A stretch of DNA of 63,536 nt, counting the filler, from Octopus bimaculoides (taxonomy: Eukaryota), in the NCBI RefSeq assembly GCF_001194135.2. It is 7 parts of 6 records of this genome, joined end to end, with 100 filler letters (N's around TTAATTAATTAA, not from the genome) between each part and the next. Parts side by side here need not be neighbours in the genome. Positions count along the whole stretch, not along the records: positions 20,766 to 31,568 come from NC_068981.1; positions 31,669 to 36,692 come from NC_068991.1; 5 more parts are not named here. One strand, 5' to 3'. The position numbers and the translations under genes were made by a program. Positions 23,530 through 36,467 of the stretch are shown in pieces. Under the pieces are notes generated by a model that saw only the letters and a list, made by a program, of their open reading frames with translations, did no database searches and was not told the origin of the DNA. The stretch's first letter is position 1, and each line of letters starts with the position of its first letter.

Positions 23530-23645
23530 GTGTACACCAACACCTGTCCTACCATCGCTTGAGAACCTATGCTGGTGTGCTTACGACTACGTAACTAATC
23601 AGTTCGACTAAAATGACAGATAGAATAAATATTAAGCTTGAAAAA
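23530..23645 (+). mobile_element. SINE family C internal fragment
   Basis: CCATCGCTTGAGAACCTATGCTGGTGTG...GATAGAATAAATATTAAGCTT. Confidence 0.6.
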
Positions 23646-24835
23646 AATTATGTCACGTGAACATACAAATATGAACATACAAATATGAAATAAATGTGAT
23701 TCATGAGGAGATCATAAGCAAACGGACTATAGACAAAGACACAAAGAAACAACTCAAAATGTGCACAATGAAACAAACTCAAATAAATAAACAGAATAGA
23801 GCCTTAGTGCCAGACAGGAGGAAAGAAGAGGATGTTTAAAAGATTAGAAACGAATGGACAACAAAGAGACAGCGAAGCGTGTTGAAATTGGGAGACGAGA
23901 AAAAATAAGACCAGTCGCTTGGGTGGTCGGCGTCAAAAGAAAAACAGAATAAAAGATGGCGATGACCTCGTGTCAGGTGTCAGTAGTAGGAGGGAGATAA
24001 GTGTTTGAGATCATAGAGAGACACAGAGAGCAGAGAGAGAAAGCTAGAGAGAAAGAGAGATAGAAGGCAGAAGATAGGAACAGAAAGCAGCCCAGAATAT
24101 GCGTACAGAGATGTATAAAATCAGCACGAATGATGTAAACATTGGTCGCACATGCATTTTGTATGATTTTATTTATACGCTAATCTGCACCGGATACCTT
24201 ATAGGAAAGCTCCGTACACGACACCGAGTAATAAAAAACACTCAACCTCTCAGACCATGCGAGACAACTCGCCTTGAGGTGAACTAGAAGGATAAATATC
24301 GATTTGTATCTGTCGTTATAGCTCCTGAGAAGCTGTGTTATTGCACCTTTTCTCTATTCACCGTAAAATGGATTGCATCATTGGTGTGGAACATCAGCGG
24401 TGACAAATCGGCTACTAAAACTTTTCATTCTAGATCGTAACCTGTCAAAACATTCAAAGCAAAATCAGCCACGATAGTATACATTAGGATATATCCTATA
24501 CAGAAATAAAGGCAGATACTTTAAATGTGCATCACGGAAAAAAATTAAAGAGCTCTTAAATCGAGGCGTCGTTTCAGCGTAAATAATCTCGGTTTAAAAC
24601 GCAATACAACTAGTAGCGTGTTTTAACTTGGTGCTGATATGGCTACACATGTTCTGACTATGCTTATATTTAGATGCAAAGATGATTGCTATTATTCAAG
24701 TACTGATTTTTTACTTACGCAATTATTCATGTTTACGGCCAATAATTTTTATATAGCAAATTTTCGATAATATATATATTTGTTGTATTTCTCTTAAAAA
24801 GATAACAACTGTTGGTCGGGATTAACATACCATAG

Positions 24836-25104
24836 TTTTTTCATTGTTTTACTAATTTCAGTCGTGATTGTGGCCATGCTGGAGCACCACATTTATTGAA
24901 GAAATCGATCCCGGGATCTATTCCATGTGAGCCTAGTATTTATTCTATCGATGTGTTTTGACAAACGGCTAAGTTACGTGTACGTAAACACACCAACATC
25001 GGTTGGCAGGCGATGATGGGGGTACAGCCATACACGCATACACTCAAATATATACATATATATGACAGACTTCTTTCAGTTTCCACGTACGAAATCCACT
25101 CACA
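24836..25104 (-). mobile_element. SINE family C copy, 5'-truncated at the microsatellite/gap
   Basis: GGCCATGCTGGAGCACCAC...CTTCTTTCAGTTTCC...AAATCCACTCACAAG. Confidence 0.85.
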
Positions 25105-25105
25105 A

Positions 25106-25137
<32 letters not shown>

Positions 25138-25447
25138 NNNNNNNNNNNNNNNNNNNNNNNNNNNNNNNNNNNNNNNNNNNNNNNNNNNNNNNNNNNNNNN
25201 NNNNNNNNNNNNNNNNNNNNNNNNNNNNNNNNNNNNNNNNNNNNNNNNNNNNNNNNNNNNNNNNNNNNNNNNNNNNNNNNNNNNNNNNNNNNNNNNNNNN
25301 NNNNNNNNNNNNNNNNNNNNNNNNNNNNNNNNNNNNNNNNNNNNNNNNNNNNNNNNNNNNNNNNNNNNNNNNNNNNNNNNNNNNNNNNNNNNNNNNNNNN
25401 NNNNNNNNNNNNNNNNNNNNNNNNNNNNNNNNNNNNNNNNNNNNNNN

Positions 25448-25487
<40 letters not shown>

Positions 25488-25564
25488 ACATATATATATT
25501 TATATAATATATGATATATATGCTATATATACATACGCACACATATATATATGTTTATATACAT

Positions 25565-25958
25565 AGGAGTGGCTGTGTGTTAAGTAGCTTGCTTACCGAC
25601 CACATTGTTCCGGGTTCCACTCCACTGTGTGGCACCTTGCGCAAGTGTCTTCTAGTATAGCTTCGGGTTGACGAAAAACTTGTAAGTAGATTTGGTAGAC
25701 GCAAACTGAGAGAAGCCCTATATATGTATATGTATGTGTGTGTGTGTGTGTGTGTCTGTGCGTTTATGTGTTTGTCCCTCCAGAATCGCTTTACCACCGA
25801 CGCTGATGTGTTAACGTCCCCGTGACGTACTGACTGGCCAAAAGTGACCGAAAGAGTAAGTACTAAGCTTACAGTGAGTAAGTCCTGGGGTCAATTTGCT
25901 CGACTAAATGTTGTACTCCAGCACGGCCGCAGTCAAATAACGGAAACAAATAAAAGAA
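25565..25958 (+). mobile_element. SINE family C, full length
   Basis: AGGAGTGGCTGTGTG...CCGGGTTCCACTCCAC...CAGCACGGCCGCAGTCAAATAACGGAAAC. Confidence 0.9.
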
Positions 25959-26659
25959 AAAATATAAACATACATGCATATAATTGGGCCTAAATTGTCA
26001 TGGGGTTAAAATGTTCATCAATTATTTCGTATATATATGTACATATAGAGATGTATATANNNNNNNNNNNNNNNNNNNNNNNNNNNNNNNNNNNNNNNNN
26101 NNNNNNNNNNNNNNNNNNNNNNNNNNNNNNNNNNNNNNNNNNNNNNNNNNNNNNNNNNNNNNNNNNNNNNNNNNNNNNNNNNNNNNNNNNNNNNNNNNNN
26201 NNNNNNNNNNNNNNNNNNNNNNNNNNNNNNNNNNNNNNNNNNNNNNNNNNNNNNNNNNNNNNNNNNNNNNNNNNNNNNNNNNNNNNNNNNNNNNNNNNNN
26301 NNNNNNNNNNNNNNNNNNNNNNNNNNNNNNNNNNNNNNNNNNNNNNNNNNNNNNNNNNNNNNNNNNNNNNNNNNNNNNNNNNNNNNNNNNNNNNNNNNNN
26401 NNNNNNNNNNNNNNNNNNNNNNNNNNNNNNNNNNNNNNNNNNNNNNNNNNNNNNNNNNNNNNNNNNNNNNNNNNNNNNNNNNNNNNNNNNNNNNNNNNNN
26501 NNNNNNNNNNNNNNNNNNNNNNNNNNNNNNNNNNNNNNNNNNNNNNNNNNNNNNNNNNNNNNNNNNNNNNNNNNNNNNNNNNNNNNNNNNNNNNNNNNNN
26601 NNNNNNNNNNNNNNNNNATATATATATATACAAATATATATATAAATACATATATACAT

Positions 26660-26726
<67 letters not shown>

Positions 26727-26830
26727 CATATATATCTATACATATGAACATATATATACGTATATATAGGTTCACACACACATTATATATATACATATAT
26801 ACATCTATATATATACACATCTATATATGC

Positions 26831-27261
26831 ACATATATACGTGAAATAATTAATATGCATTTTAACCCCACAACAATTTAAGCCAAATTTCGTTAATCAG
26901 CTAATCAAAAATCATCTTACGCTTTGCTGAAGCATCATAGGTAAAGGTCTGCTTCTCTCAACCCATTCTGAGCGTATATTCCACCCGTGTACTAAATTTC
27001 AAGAAAATCATATGAAAACTTTTAAAGTTATAGCAGAAAATAAGATTCATACGATAATTTACCCTGAAACTTCCTATTGATCTTTGAAAAGTCGATGCTT
27101 TTGAAATTTCAATTGCGTAAATAACCGCATGGGCATAAGCCCCCACACGTATCAAGTTTACACGTGATCGGTTGGATAGTCTCGGAGGTGTTAACGTAAA
27201 CATTTCACAAATTCACACAGCCACAAACACACAGAAATTGCCATTTATGTATATTTATATA
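26831..27261 (+). mobile_element. Probable non-autonomous Helitron/Helentron-like element
   Basis: Motifs GTACTAAATTTCAAGAAAATC and GTATCAAGTTTACACGTGATCGGTTGGATAGTC, and a 3' end CAAACACACAGAAATTGCCATTTATGTATAT, resemble Lep1/DINE-type elements; no coding capacity. Confidence 0.4.
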
Positions 27262-28457
27262 TCAGGTCATCCCATAAGTTCTGTTCGAATTTTGAATAAA
27301 GAAAACAAGTGATCAAATGTTATATTTAATTGAAATTTAATTATCAATGTACTTTCCCTCATTATCTATGACTCCCTCCCATCTATTTACAAGCTTTTTA
27401 ATCCCATCAATGTAATACTCTTTTGGTTTCAAGGCGAAGAAGCAAGGTCGGGAGAATAAGGTGGATGAGGAATTCTTTCTGAGCCAAGCTCTTGGATCGT
27501 CTGTGATGTGATCTTTGGAGTGTTGGGTCACGCATTGTCCTGATGAAACATCACACCTTTTCGATTCACTAAACCGGGTCTTATTTTTTTCAAAGCTTGG
27601 TTCAAATGCTTTAATTGCTGACATTAGACTTGAGCATTGACTGTTGCATTAGATGGTAACAATTCAAAGTGAATTACTCCTTTGCAATCCCACCAGATAG
27701 AGAGGAGAACCTTTTTTTCCATGAAGTTCCCTTTTCGATTGTGGTTGAGCTATTTCCCTTTTACCAAGCCACTGTTCAAGAGGTTTAACATTTCGTTAGA
27801 AGATCCATTTCTCATCATTAGTCACAAGTCTATCCAAAAAGGGTGAAATGAGTTCGCGAGAATGGAGAGAAGAGCAGATGTAAACTCGGGATTTGCAGTT
27901 GCTTTCGGACAATTCATGGGGCACCAATTTTTCAAGTTTAGGAAACTTTCCAGCTTGTTGAAGAAGACGATGAACAGTAGTATGATTTGAAGTATCTTTT
28001 ATTGCCATTTCTTCGACTGATAATGCAAGATTTTCTTCAAGTAATGCCTCAAGGGGATTATCATCAAACTCAACTGGACTTCCTGATCGATTTTCATCTT
28101 CAAGGATGAAATCTCCACTTCTGAATTTTGCAACCCGTCTTCTGCAAATTCTTTCATTAAAGCATTCTTTCCCATAAATTGACTGGATGTTTCGAGTCGC
28201 TTCGGCTGCAGAGTTTCCTTTTTTGTACTCATAAAGCATTATGTGCCTTTAATGCTCTTTGGCTACTTCCATGTTAGAAAGGGTTTTAATCAAAGAAATG
28301 TTAATTCTATTATTCTGTAAAATAATATTTAATTACTTTAAACGTACAGAAATGTATAAAACTAATTTTTAATTCCTTTAGGCATTCTAAAATACTATTA
28401 AATATCATTCAATTTAAAAAAAAAGTAAAATCGGACAGAACTTATGGGATGACCTCA
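27262..28457 (-). mobile_element. mariner DNA transposon, full-length ends
   Basis: TIRs TCAGGTCATCCCATAAGTTCTGTTCGA and TGAGGTCATCCCATAAGTTCTGTCCGA, each flanked by TA. Confidence 0.95.
27337..28272 (-). pseudogene. mariner transposase pseudogene (SETMAR/Hsmar1-like domain)
   Basis: MEVAKEH*RHIMLYEYKKG...LVPHELS...VTNDEKWIF, FHQDNA*, HPPYSPDLASS, then a deletion removing the third Asp, then KPKEYY...GKYIDN*. Confidence 0.92.
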
Positions 28458-30409
28458 TATATATATATATTTTTAAACAATAATTTTTTTAGTTATCAAT
28501 ATTTGTTAACATCTATTGAACATGAGCATGATAGAATTATTAGGAACAACTCTTCCCTACACGGATTTCCCGTGTTCAGTCCCAATGTACGATGTTTTAG
28601 CCACGTAAACTTAGCAAAGCCTCTGATTAACAGAAAGTTCATAATCGAATCCGTGTGGACAATCATTGTTTAGAAATTCTTCGATGACTAGCACCTGAAA
28701 TTGAGAATCAGCCTCGTGACAGCTGTACGTGATTCTACTTGCATGTTCTCAGCTGGTCGACGCGCTAATTCAATTCCTATTTTGTGTAGTTGACCGAAAA
28801 CAGGATAGATATATGTCTAAATCATTCTCTTCATCACTGACCATCATCATCATCATCATCATCATCAACATGCAATATGGAATGCCGTATTATATTACCT
28901 TTTTATAATGTGTTGTGTCTACGAATCGTATCATTGTTTTGCAGGTGAACTAGGTTATAGGGAATATTATTCATTTGAGAACAATGAGCAGCTAGTTAAT
29001 CCATGTGCAAAATAGTTGTATATACTATTCATATAAGAACTGTCAGTGAAGATGAAATTGTTAACCACAGTCGATTTGTTTTAAGTTTACTTTCTACATT
29101 CCTATATTCGCAACAAAGTAGAGGCGAATAACTAATAACTTGACCTTGCCATCGTCATATAAAAAGGGAAAAAGGAGTACTTGCTTTTCAGCGTAGAACC
29201 GAAATACAAAGAAATGTTATAGTTGAATTATATTTTCAATATGTGTCATTTGCTTATAAGCAGAGCTCGAGCTTTAGGAAAGAAAGAGTTAGCATCAAGA
29301 TCTAAAGAGGAAGCTTGATGGACACTTTATCGATGTAGGTTAAAACAGACAACATCCTAACTCTAAAAGAGGGAAAATGGCGTTCTATTAGACAGAGTGG
29401 TTGTGCTCAATGACTAAATGGTTTAAGCTAGAATATCGCTGATAGGTTAGGTTGCAGTTGAGCTGGCACTAAACAATAAGAGAAATATATCAATTGTAGC
29501 CGGTCAAATCAATAAATTACTGCGCCTTTACTTTATGTGATAACAATACGTTTCCTGTTGCAATGTTATATAAAATCCATATAAAAGAAACCGTTCATTG
29601 GGTTTGTAAGTATTTAATCACATTATAGCTGCAACAAGATCTTCGTAACTAGTATAAAATGCTGCCAGATCTCCGTTTAAGCACATATCACAATAGGGAA
29701 GGTTATATCAGATAATGCAATTCCGGGAATACATATTAACGTATGGTTATGACGAGAATGGCTTTATAGATGTCTGGTATTTCAAGCTTGGATTGTGACA
29801 AAATAACATACACAAGGATAAAGGGCACACCAAAAGTTATCATTTTATTGGTGTCAAATGTTCTTATAACCACAACTGGGGAGATGCGCTAAAAAATAAG
29901 AAAATAAATTCTTTAAATTAGGTAAAGTTTCGTTATACAAGCATATCTATAACAATAAAAAGAAGATTATCGCGTTATTATGATTTTATTTCCTCACATT
30001 TTTTCTTATATTTTCATGGAAAATAATCGATGCAACTTATTTCAAGAATGCTGTGCATCTTCATGGTGCCGTGTTGTGTTGTAATATATATTATAGATTA
30101 AAACAGACACAAATATAATGCCGAAGGATATTTATCCATTATTAAATTAATAAAGCAATGAATACATCAGTTCACTGAAGGGAGTTTAATGTAGTTTTCA
30201 AACACAGATGATATTACAACAGGATTTTTCTTTCTAGGCAATATATGGGCGCCCGTATGCGGTTTTATATTTATGTACATACATATATATGAGTGAGTGA
30301 ATATATAACAATATATATGTATATCATACATATGAAAAAATACATGAACACTGACACAAGTATGTGTACGTACGTGTCTGTGTATGTATATAGCATACAC
30401 ACACAGACA

Positions 30410-30511
30410 CACACACACACACATACACACATATATATGAATAGATATAGATACAGACAGACAGACAGACAGACAGACAAATAGATAGATAGATAGATAG
30501 ATAGATAGATG

Positions 30512-30546
<35 letters not shown>

Positions 30547-30570
30547 GGATAGATAGATAGATAGAGCGAG
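30410..30570. repeat. (CA)n / (GACA)n / (GATA)n compound microsatellite
   Basis: Direct reading. Confidence 0.92.
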
Positions 30571-31668
30571 GGAGAGAAAGATAATTAGATTTTTATATAT
30601 CATTCTGGGAATAAAACCAATAATATTTAGAGTATTTTTCGATCCAATTAATATTATCTTACATTGAATAGGCCGAGTCGTAAGAGCTCAATCTGAAATT
30701 TATTTCTCTTCTTCCTCAAATTATGATTTCAAAATACACCACAGTCACATTTCCGTCCATCTCAACGGTACTTATTGGTCATACAGTGAGAAAAGGACTT
30801 CGTTTTTCTTGACAAACACTCAGCAACCTAAATTTATGCTATGCTGCCTATGTTGGAAAATATTACGTAAGAACGACTAGTTGAACGTACATTTTTGCGT
30901 TTCGGAGAAAATTCTTTAGGGAATTTCTTCCGGCATCTTACATTCATTTAGAAATGTTGGTGAGGTCAAATATGTATTTTATACGGGATTATAGAGTAAA
31001 AAAAAAAACATCTTTTATCCGGGATTATAAAGTAAAAAAAAAAATAATAAAAACTTATCCTTTTCCTTCTTTCGGGCTTCAGATGCTTTAGAAGAGTAGA
31101 GATTTAATTGCTAATCTTTAGCATAAGTAATCCATCCTTTTCAAGAGATGAATCGAACTCTAATTTCTGATCTAACTAGTGAGGCAGAGGAAAGAGCCAT
31201 GCATACCAATATATTATCGCTATTAATCCACGATCGAACACATCTCCACACGGCTGTATAAACCAAATGCCGATAGAAGAGTAAACTTCACAAAATACTG
31301 TCAGTGGTTGTATAGTGATTGTAACATGGGTGACGACATAAATCTACTATTCGAAACGTAAATAACCGGAACAAATATCACGTGGTATATAGTGCATCAC
31401 TACAATGATCCATCCGATAAGACACAGTCGACTGATATCTAATTAAATTGTCACCGAATGTATGTATGTATGTATGTATGAGGTATATATGTATTATGTT
31501 TATGCGTATGTGTGTATTCATGTATGTGAATACACACATGTATGTGTATGCATATATATATATATATANNNNNNNNNNNNNNNNNNNNNNNNNNNNNNNN
31601 NNNNNNNNNNNNTTAATTAATTAANNNNNNNNNNNNNNNNNNNNNNNNNNNNNNNNNNNNNNNNNNNN

Positions 31669-31707
<39 letters not shown>

Positions 31708-31720
31708 CACACATATATCT

Positions 31721-31959
31721 ATTCTTTTATTCTTTTACTTGTTTCAGTCATTTGATTGTGGCCATGCTGGAATACCACCTTGAAGAGTTTTTAGTCAAAC
31801 GAATTTACTCCAGGACCTATTTTTTCAGCCTAGCACTTATTCTATCAGTTCTTTTGCCAAACTGCTAAGTTAAGGGGGACATAAACACAGCAACACCAAT
31901 TGTCAAGCAGTGATGGGGGAGAAGCACAGACACAAAGATATATACATACATACATACAT

Positions 31960-32014
<55 letters not shown>

Positions 32015-32173
32015 ATGGGATGCTTTCATTTTCTCTTTGTCAAATCCACTCACAGGGCTTTGGTTGGCCCAAGGCTATAGAAAACACTTGCCCAAGGTGC
32101 CACACAGTAGGACTGAGCCCAGAACCCTGTAGTTGGGAAGCAAGCTACTTACTACACAGCCACGTCTGTGGCT
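31721..32173 (-). mobile_element. SINE family C, full length, CpG-decayed
   Basis: Collinear with 9301-9725, but nearly all CpG sites are converted to TpG/CpA. Confidence 0.88.
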
Positions 32174-32689
32174 ATATATATATATAATACTACTCTTGAA
32201 GTATTTCTCACATTGTACACTCCTCATGCACTTGCTCATTATGGACTATATTTAAACAATGGTTATAGTATTCACCATCATCATTTATTATGCTAATCTT
32301 TTATACTGGCATGGGTTAGAATAGTAGTGTGTCTAGTATCACTTTGTGGCAGTTTGACCAGCAGGAAATAACAGTGAAACTTTTCTCAAATTACACCCTA
32401 CCAATGTTTCCATTTTTCTAAATCTGTTGACCTAAATCTGTTGGAAATATCCTTCCTTTCATTATCAATCTATCCAAATACATTGTATAGCTTTATTATG
32501 TAAAGCTACACCATGTAGTGGGATAGCTAATGTAGCTGCATTATAAGCAGAGTAATTAATGTAGCTATACCATAAGTAGGGTAGATAATATAGCCATTGT
32601 AATGATTTTATTTGACATAGTAAGTGTTATAATACTACATAATGTAGCCAATCATGATAAATTGGAAGAAACTTCAGACATGTCCAGTA

Positions 32690-32906
32690 TACAATCTGGT
32701 TACTAATTCCTAACTGACATACATTGCCCCAGTTTTAATTAGTTTTCAAAAAAATTAGAGAATTTAGTAAAATAACTAAGCTGGCATTTGGGACATAAAT
32801 TAACATGAAATTTTGATGAAAAAGTTAAATTTAGATCATCTAAAAACTGGAAGTTTGGAGCATAGAACTAGGGTCTGCCTCAGCAGGTTAGTATCAAAAG
32901 GGTTAA
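32690..32906. mobile_element. Probable piggyBac-like MITE (one clear end)
   Basis: Right end GGTTAGTATCAAAAGGG followed by TTAA; the left end is degenerate. Confidence 0.45.
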
Positions 32907-33510
32907 TACTCTTTAGAATAATATGTCATATAAATTCATCTTTTACTGAACAGCTATGGTTCCAAAATTAAGACCAAGAGGATTTGAAATAGAATACACA
33001 CATACTTCCAAAGAATAAACATCAGATGCTATCACCAAGGCAATACTTGAAAGCAAACTAAAACCTCGATTTTATTGAAATAATTGAAAATAAAAAAAAA
33101 TCTAAGCGAAATGGTGAGTTTAAAAAATAATAAAATCTCAATGTGGTAAAATTTATAGTGGAAACAGCTGAAGGAAGAAAAAAAAAATGATTGAGAACCT
33201 ATTAACAGTATTGATTACATCACTAATTAGAAAAAATACATTTCACATAATTTGAGACTGAAAACACAAAAAGATAAAAAGTATTAAAATTACATTTAAA
33301 TAAAAGTGGTCTTTTTTCTTTTTTTTTATTTCCATTGCAAAGAGTGTGTAGGGAAAGTAATTAATTTTTTCTTGTTCATTTTCAAGAACATATTGTGATT
33401 TATATATTTTAATAATAATAATAATAATAATGATTTCTTTTATTTGTCACCAGGGCAATAATAATGATTTCATTTATTTGCCAATAATAATAATAATAAT
33501 AATAATAAAT

Positions 33511-33874
33511 GCCCTGATGAAGTACCAGACAGTGGTTCTCATGGCTTCTGATCTTAACTGATTGGAAATATTATTATGTACATGTTTTGTCTTGTTATAA
33601 AAGATGGGCTGCATAAATATTTGCTCAATACCACATATTTGTTTGACAGTTGTTTGACCATAACCAGTTGAGCATGTCCCTTAGTGGCTGATATGTGCAT
33701 GTCTGATCATGAGCAGGAAAAGTGGGGAAGCATCATAGCCATGTGTTGAGAGGGATACTTTGGGGTTTGAATAATTCACCTCTGGATACATGGGGGTTTC
33801 ATTCATCATCCTTAAACAAACCTTGTTCGGGGACCTATAGAGCAGGATGAGCTACTTGACCTGAAGAAAATTCT
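33511..33874. repeat. Non-coding interspersed repeat abutting (AAT)n
   Basis: Complex sequence starts right at an (AAT)n tract; I recall it as an abundant octopus repeat but cannot verify this from the window. Confidence 0.35.
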
Positions 33875-34053
33875 GAGAAGGGGGAAAGTAGATTACATTG
33901 ACTCCAGGGCTCAGCTGGTACTCATTTCATCAACAGCAAAAGGATTAAAGGCAAAGTTAACCTCGGCAGAATTTGAATTAAGAACAAGAAGATAGGTGAA
34001 ATGCCACTAAACATTTTACACACCATACTAACAATTCTTCCAGCTCACTGCCC
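33875..34053 (-). mobile_element. SINE family B, CpG-decayed
   Basis: CTGGTACTCATTTCATCAAC...AAAGGCAAAGTTAACCTCGGCAGAATTTGAA...CCAGCTCACTGCC. Confidence 0.78.
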
Positions 34054-34174
34054 TACATAAAATCATAATAAAGAACCAACTGTTACTTGTAAATGAATAT
34101 GGCTTGGTAACAAGTACCATGCTTTCACTAATTTCTTTAGGTGCCTATGTAGTCACAAACTAACACCCACCCCT

Positions 34175-34340
34175 CAGATTCAGCATCACATCTAAGATGT
34201 GACTGATGGAGAGAGGGAGAGCTACTCAGTACTCAGCTGGTACTCATTTTTCAGTTGAGTAAACTTGAAAAGTGTAAAATGAAGTACCTTCCTCTAAAAA
34301 CACATTGCACGGCCAGGGCCAAGTAGTGAAACTCATGACA
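34175..34340 (-). mobile_element. SINE fragment with D-type core
   Basis: CTGGTACTCATTTTTCAGTTGAGTAAAC...AAATGAAGT resembles the reverse complement of the D core. Confidence 0.45.
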
Positions 34341-34910
34341 TGATTGTTATTAATCAACATGTTCTGACTGCAACACTGCACCCTATATGACTCATTGCTG
34401 CATGTTGGAATGCGATGTATGGTTATCAGTTAGGTGGGGCCATGGTATGTCTATGACAATAGACTGAGATGACCTATCAGCTGATTTGGGACTAAACAAC
34501 AACACGTTCACAACAGCATTATTTTGAGACAATAATCAAATACAACTCCATATCTGTTGTTTATAATAAAACAAACCTTAAATTTGTAAGTATTTACATA
34601 GATTCTTGGAATGAATAATATATGCACACAACTAATTTATTTTTCTATTAACTGATATTAACTTTTAACATTCTGTTGAACATTTTCAAGGCTAAATCAA
34701 ATGCCCAGGCCTCCTGCAATGATTCCATTACTGGACAAAAATGAATGAAAGAGGAAAAGATTAGAGTTTTTCCTCTCGTACATTTGACTTGCTTGCTTTC
34801 TTCAAAATGAATGTAAACAAAGTTAGTATGAATCTTGTGATATACATTTAAGGAATAGCTGACCAACGCAGTCTCATATGGAATTGTGTCATACAAGAAG
34901 TTAAGAGTAA

Positions 34911-35120
34911 GGTGACAGGCTGGCAGAAACATTAGAGCATTGGAGAAATGCCATGCATTATTTGTTCTGGCTCTTTATGTTTTAAGTTAAAATCCCAGCA
35001 GGTCAATTTTGTCTTTCGTCCTTACAGAGATTGACAAAATAAAGAACCAGCCAAGTACTGGGGTTGATGGCATCAACTAAACACTTCCCTTCAGAACGGC
35101 TGGCCTTGTGCTTAAATCAA
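34911..35120 (+). mobile_element. SINE family B, diverged
   Basis: GCTGGCAGAAACATTAG...GTACTGGGGTTGATG...GCTGGCCTTGTGC. Confidence 0.7.
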
Positions 35121-35497
35121 TAATAGTTATCTGTTAACTGGGTAATAGTTTGTTGGATAGCTATGTGTAGCCTTACTCTAAGTAGGATTTAGGTGACAGA
35201 CTCAAAGAAATAATATATTGCATGTAATAGAAGTGGATCTACAAATATAAGCCAAGACTCAGCTGAACTGAAATGGAATTAATCTTTATACTACCATGCC
35301 CAAGTCATTCAAATTAAAATCTTCCCTGAATATGTTTATGTTAGAAACTCTTGTTAAATTATGTTATGGTCTAAACGACAGCTTAGTAATGAAAATATTA
35401 CACATTTTATTAAATTCTTCCAAACTTTTTTAATTTTCAAAATCAACTAAAATGCTTATGTAGTAATATATTTTATTTGAAATATATTCTGGTAGTT

Positions 35498-35778
35498 AAG
35501 GTACATGACCCAGTTAATTAGGGTGTTACACTCATGATCACAAGATCACGGTTTCAGTCACTGGACTAGGTAGTGCTATGTGTTCTTGAGCAAAACACTT
35601 CATTTCATGATGTTCCTGTCCACTCAGCCGTAAAATGAGTTCCAACTATCATTGAGAAGTTAACCCTGCAACAGATAAGCACCACATTCAAGGGGAGTGT
35701 TGCAATTTCAGTTATCTATAATGGAAACTAGGTTAAACTCCAGCTTTATAAGTCCTAGGGCTCGCAACAGACCTAAGT
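35498..35778 (+). mobile_element. SINE with head D + V-domain-like tail
   Basis: GTGTTCTTGAGCAAAACACTTCATTTCA...TCCACTCAGC, then AACCCTGCAACAGATAAGCACCACATTCAAGGGG. Confidence 0.72.
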
Positions 35779-36125
35779 CGAAGCTAAGTAAGTTCTTTTC
35801 CTCACTAATTCACTTTAAATGTTGAAGTTAATGATATAAAAGGGGTGGAAAGAGAATAAACATCTGTATAATTAAGCATTAAACAATGTTAGTTTGACAT
35901 TTTCATCATAGAATCTAATTTCTTTTTATTGGTGCAGGAAATCAGGAATAATCTTATAGCTGTGACTTGATCTGTTTTAAATATGGCAATTGAAACACAT
36001 AAGAGTTCACATAAGAATTATAAGCTGGGAAATTGGAAAAGACCTTTTTTTAATACACACATACATAAACTTGTTCCTTCCATCAGACTTAATCTTCTCT
36101 CATTACCTCACCTAAAATCTTCACA

Positions 36126-36163
<38 letters not shown>

Positions 36164-36249
36164 GTTATAGGGGTAATTTTCAGGCCCTTTAGTCCTGCCG
36201 GTTGCAAGATAACTTCATTAGTGGTGGAGCTATGAGAACAAAAATAAGC

Positions 36250-36320
36250 ATCCAGCACACTCTGTAAAGTGGTTGGCATGAGGGAAGGCATCCAACCATA
36301 AAGACCGTGCCAAATCAGAC
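36250..36320 (+). mobile_element. SINE family E fragment
   Basis: CACACTCTGTAAAGTGGTTGGCATGAGGGAAGGCATCCAACC...CCAAATCAGAC is the reverse complement of part of 36468-36692. Confidence 0.7.
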
Positions 36321-36467
36321 AGTTTGGAGATTTTTCTCCTGTAGTTTCTCCTCAATCTGGACAACCAAGTTCTATAAACACTGAGCTCCTGAAAACGGTA
36401 GTTGAGAAAATTCCAAAGTAAACTTCATGGGAATTATCGAAACAGTTTAATTTAGGTCTCATTTCAT

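Noticed and set aside
32490-32600. Three degenerate 30-bp units (TAATGTAGCT...)
   Set aside because: An old, short minisatellite with no further structure.
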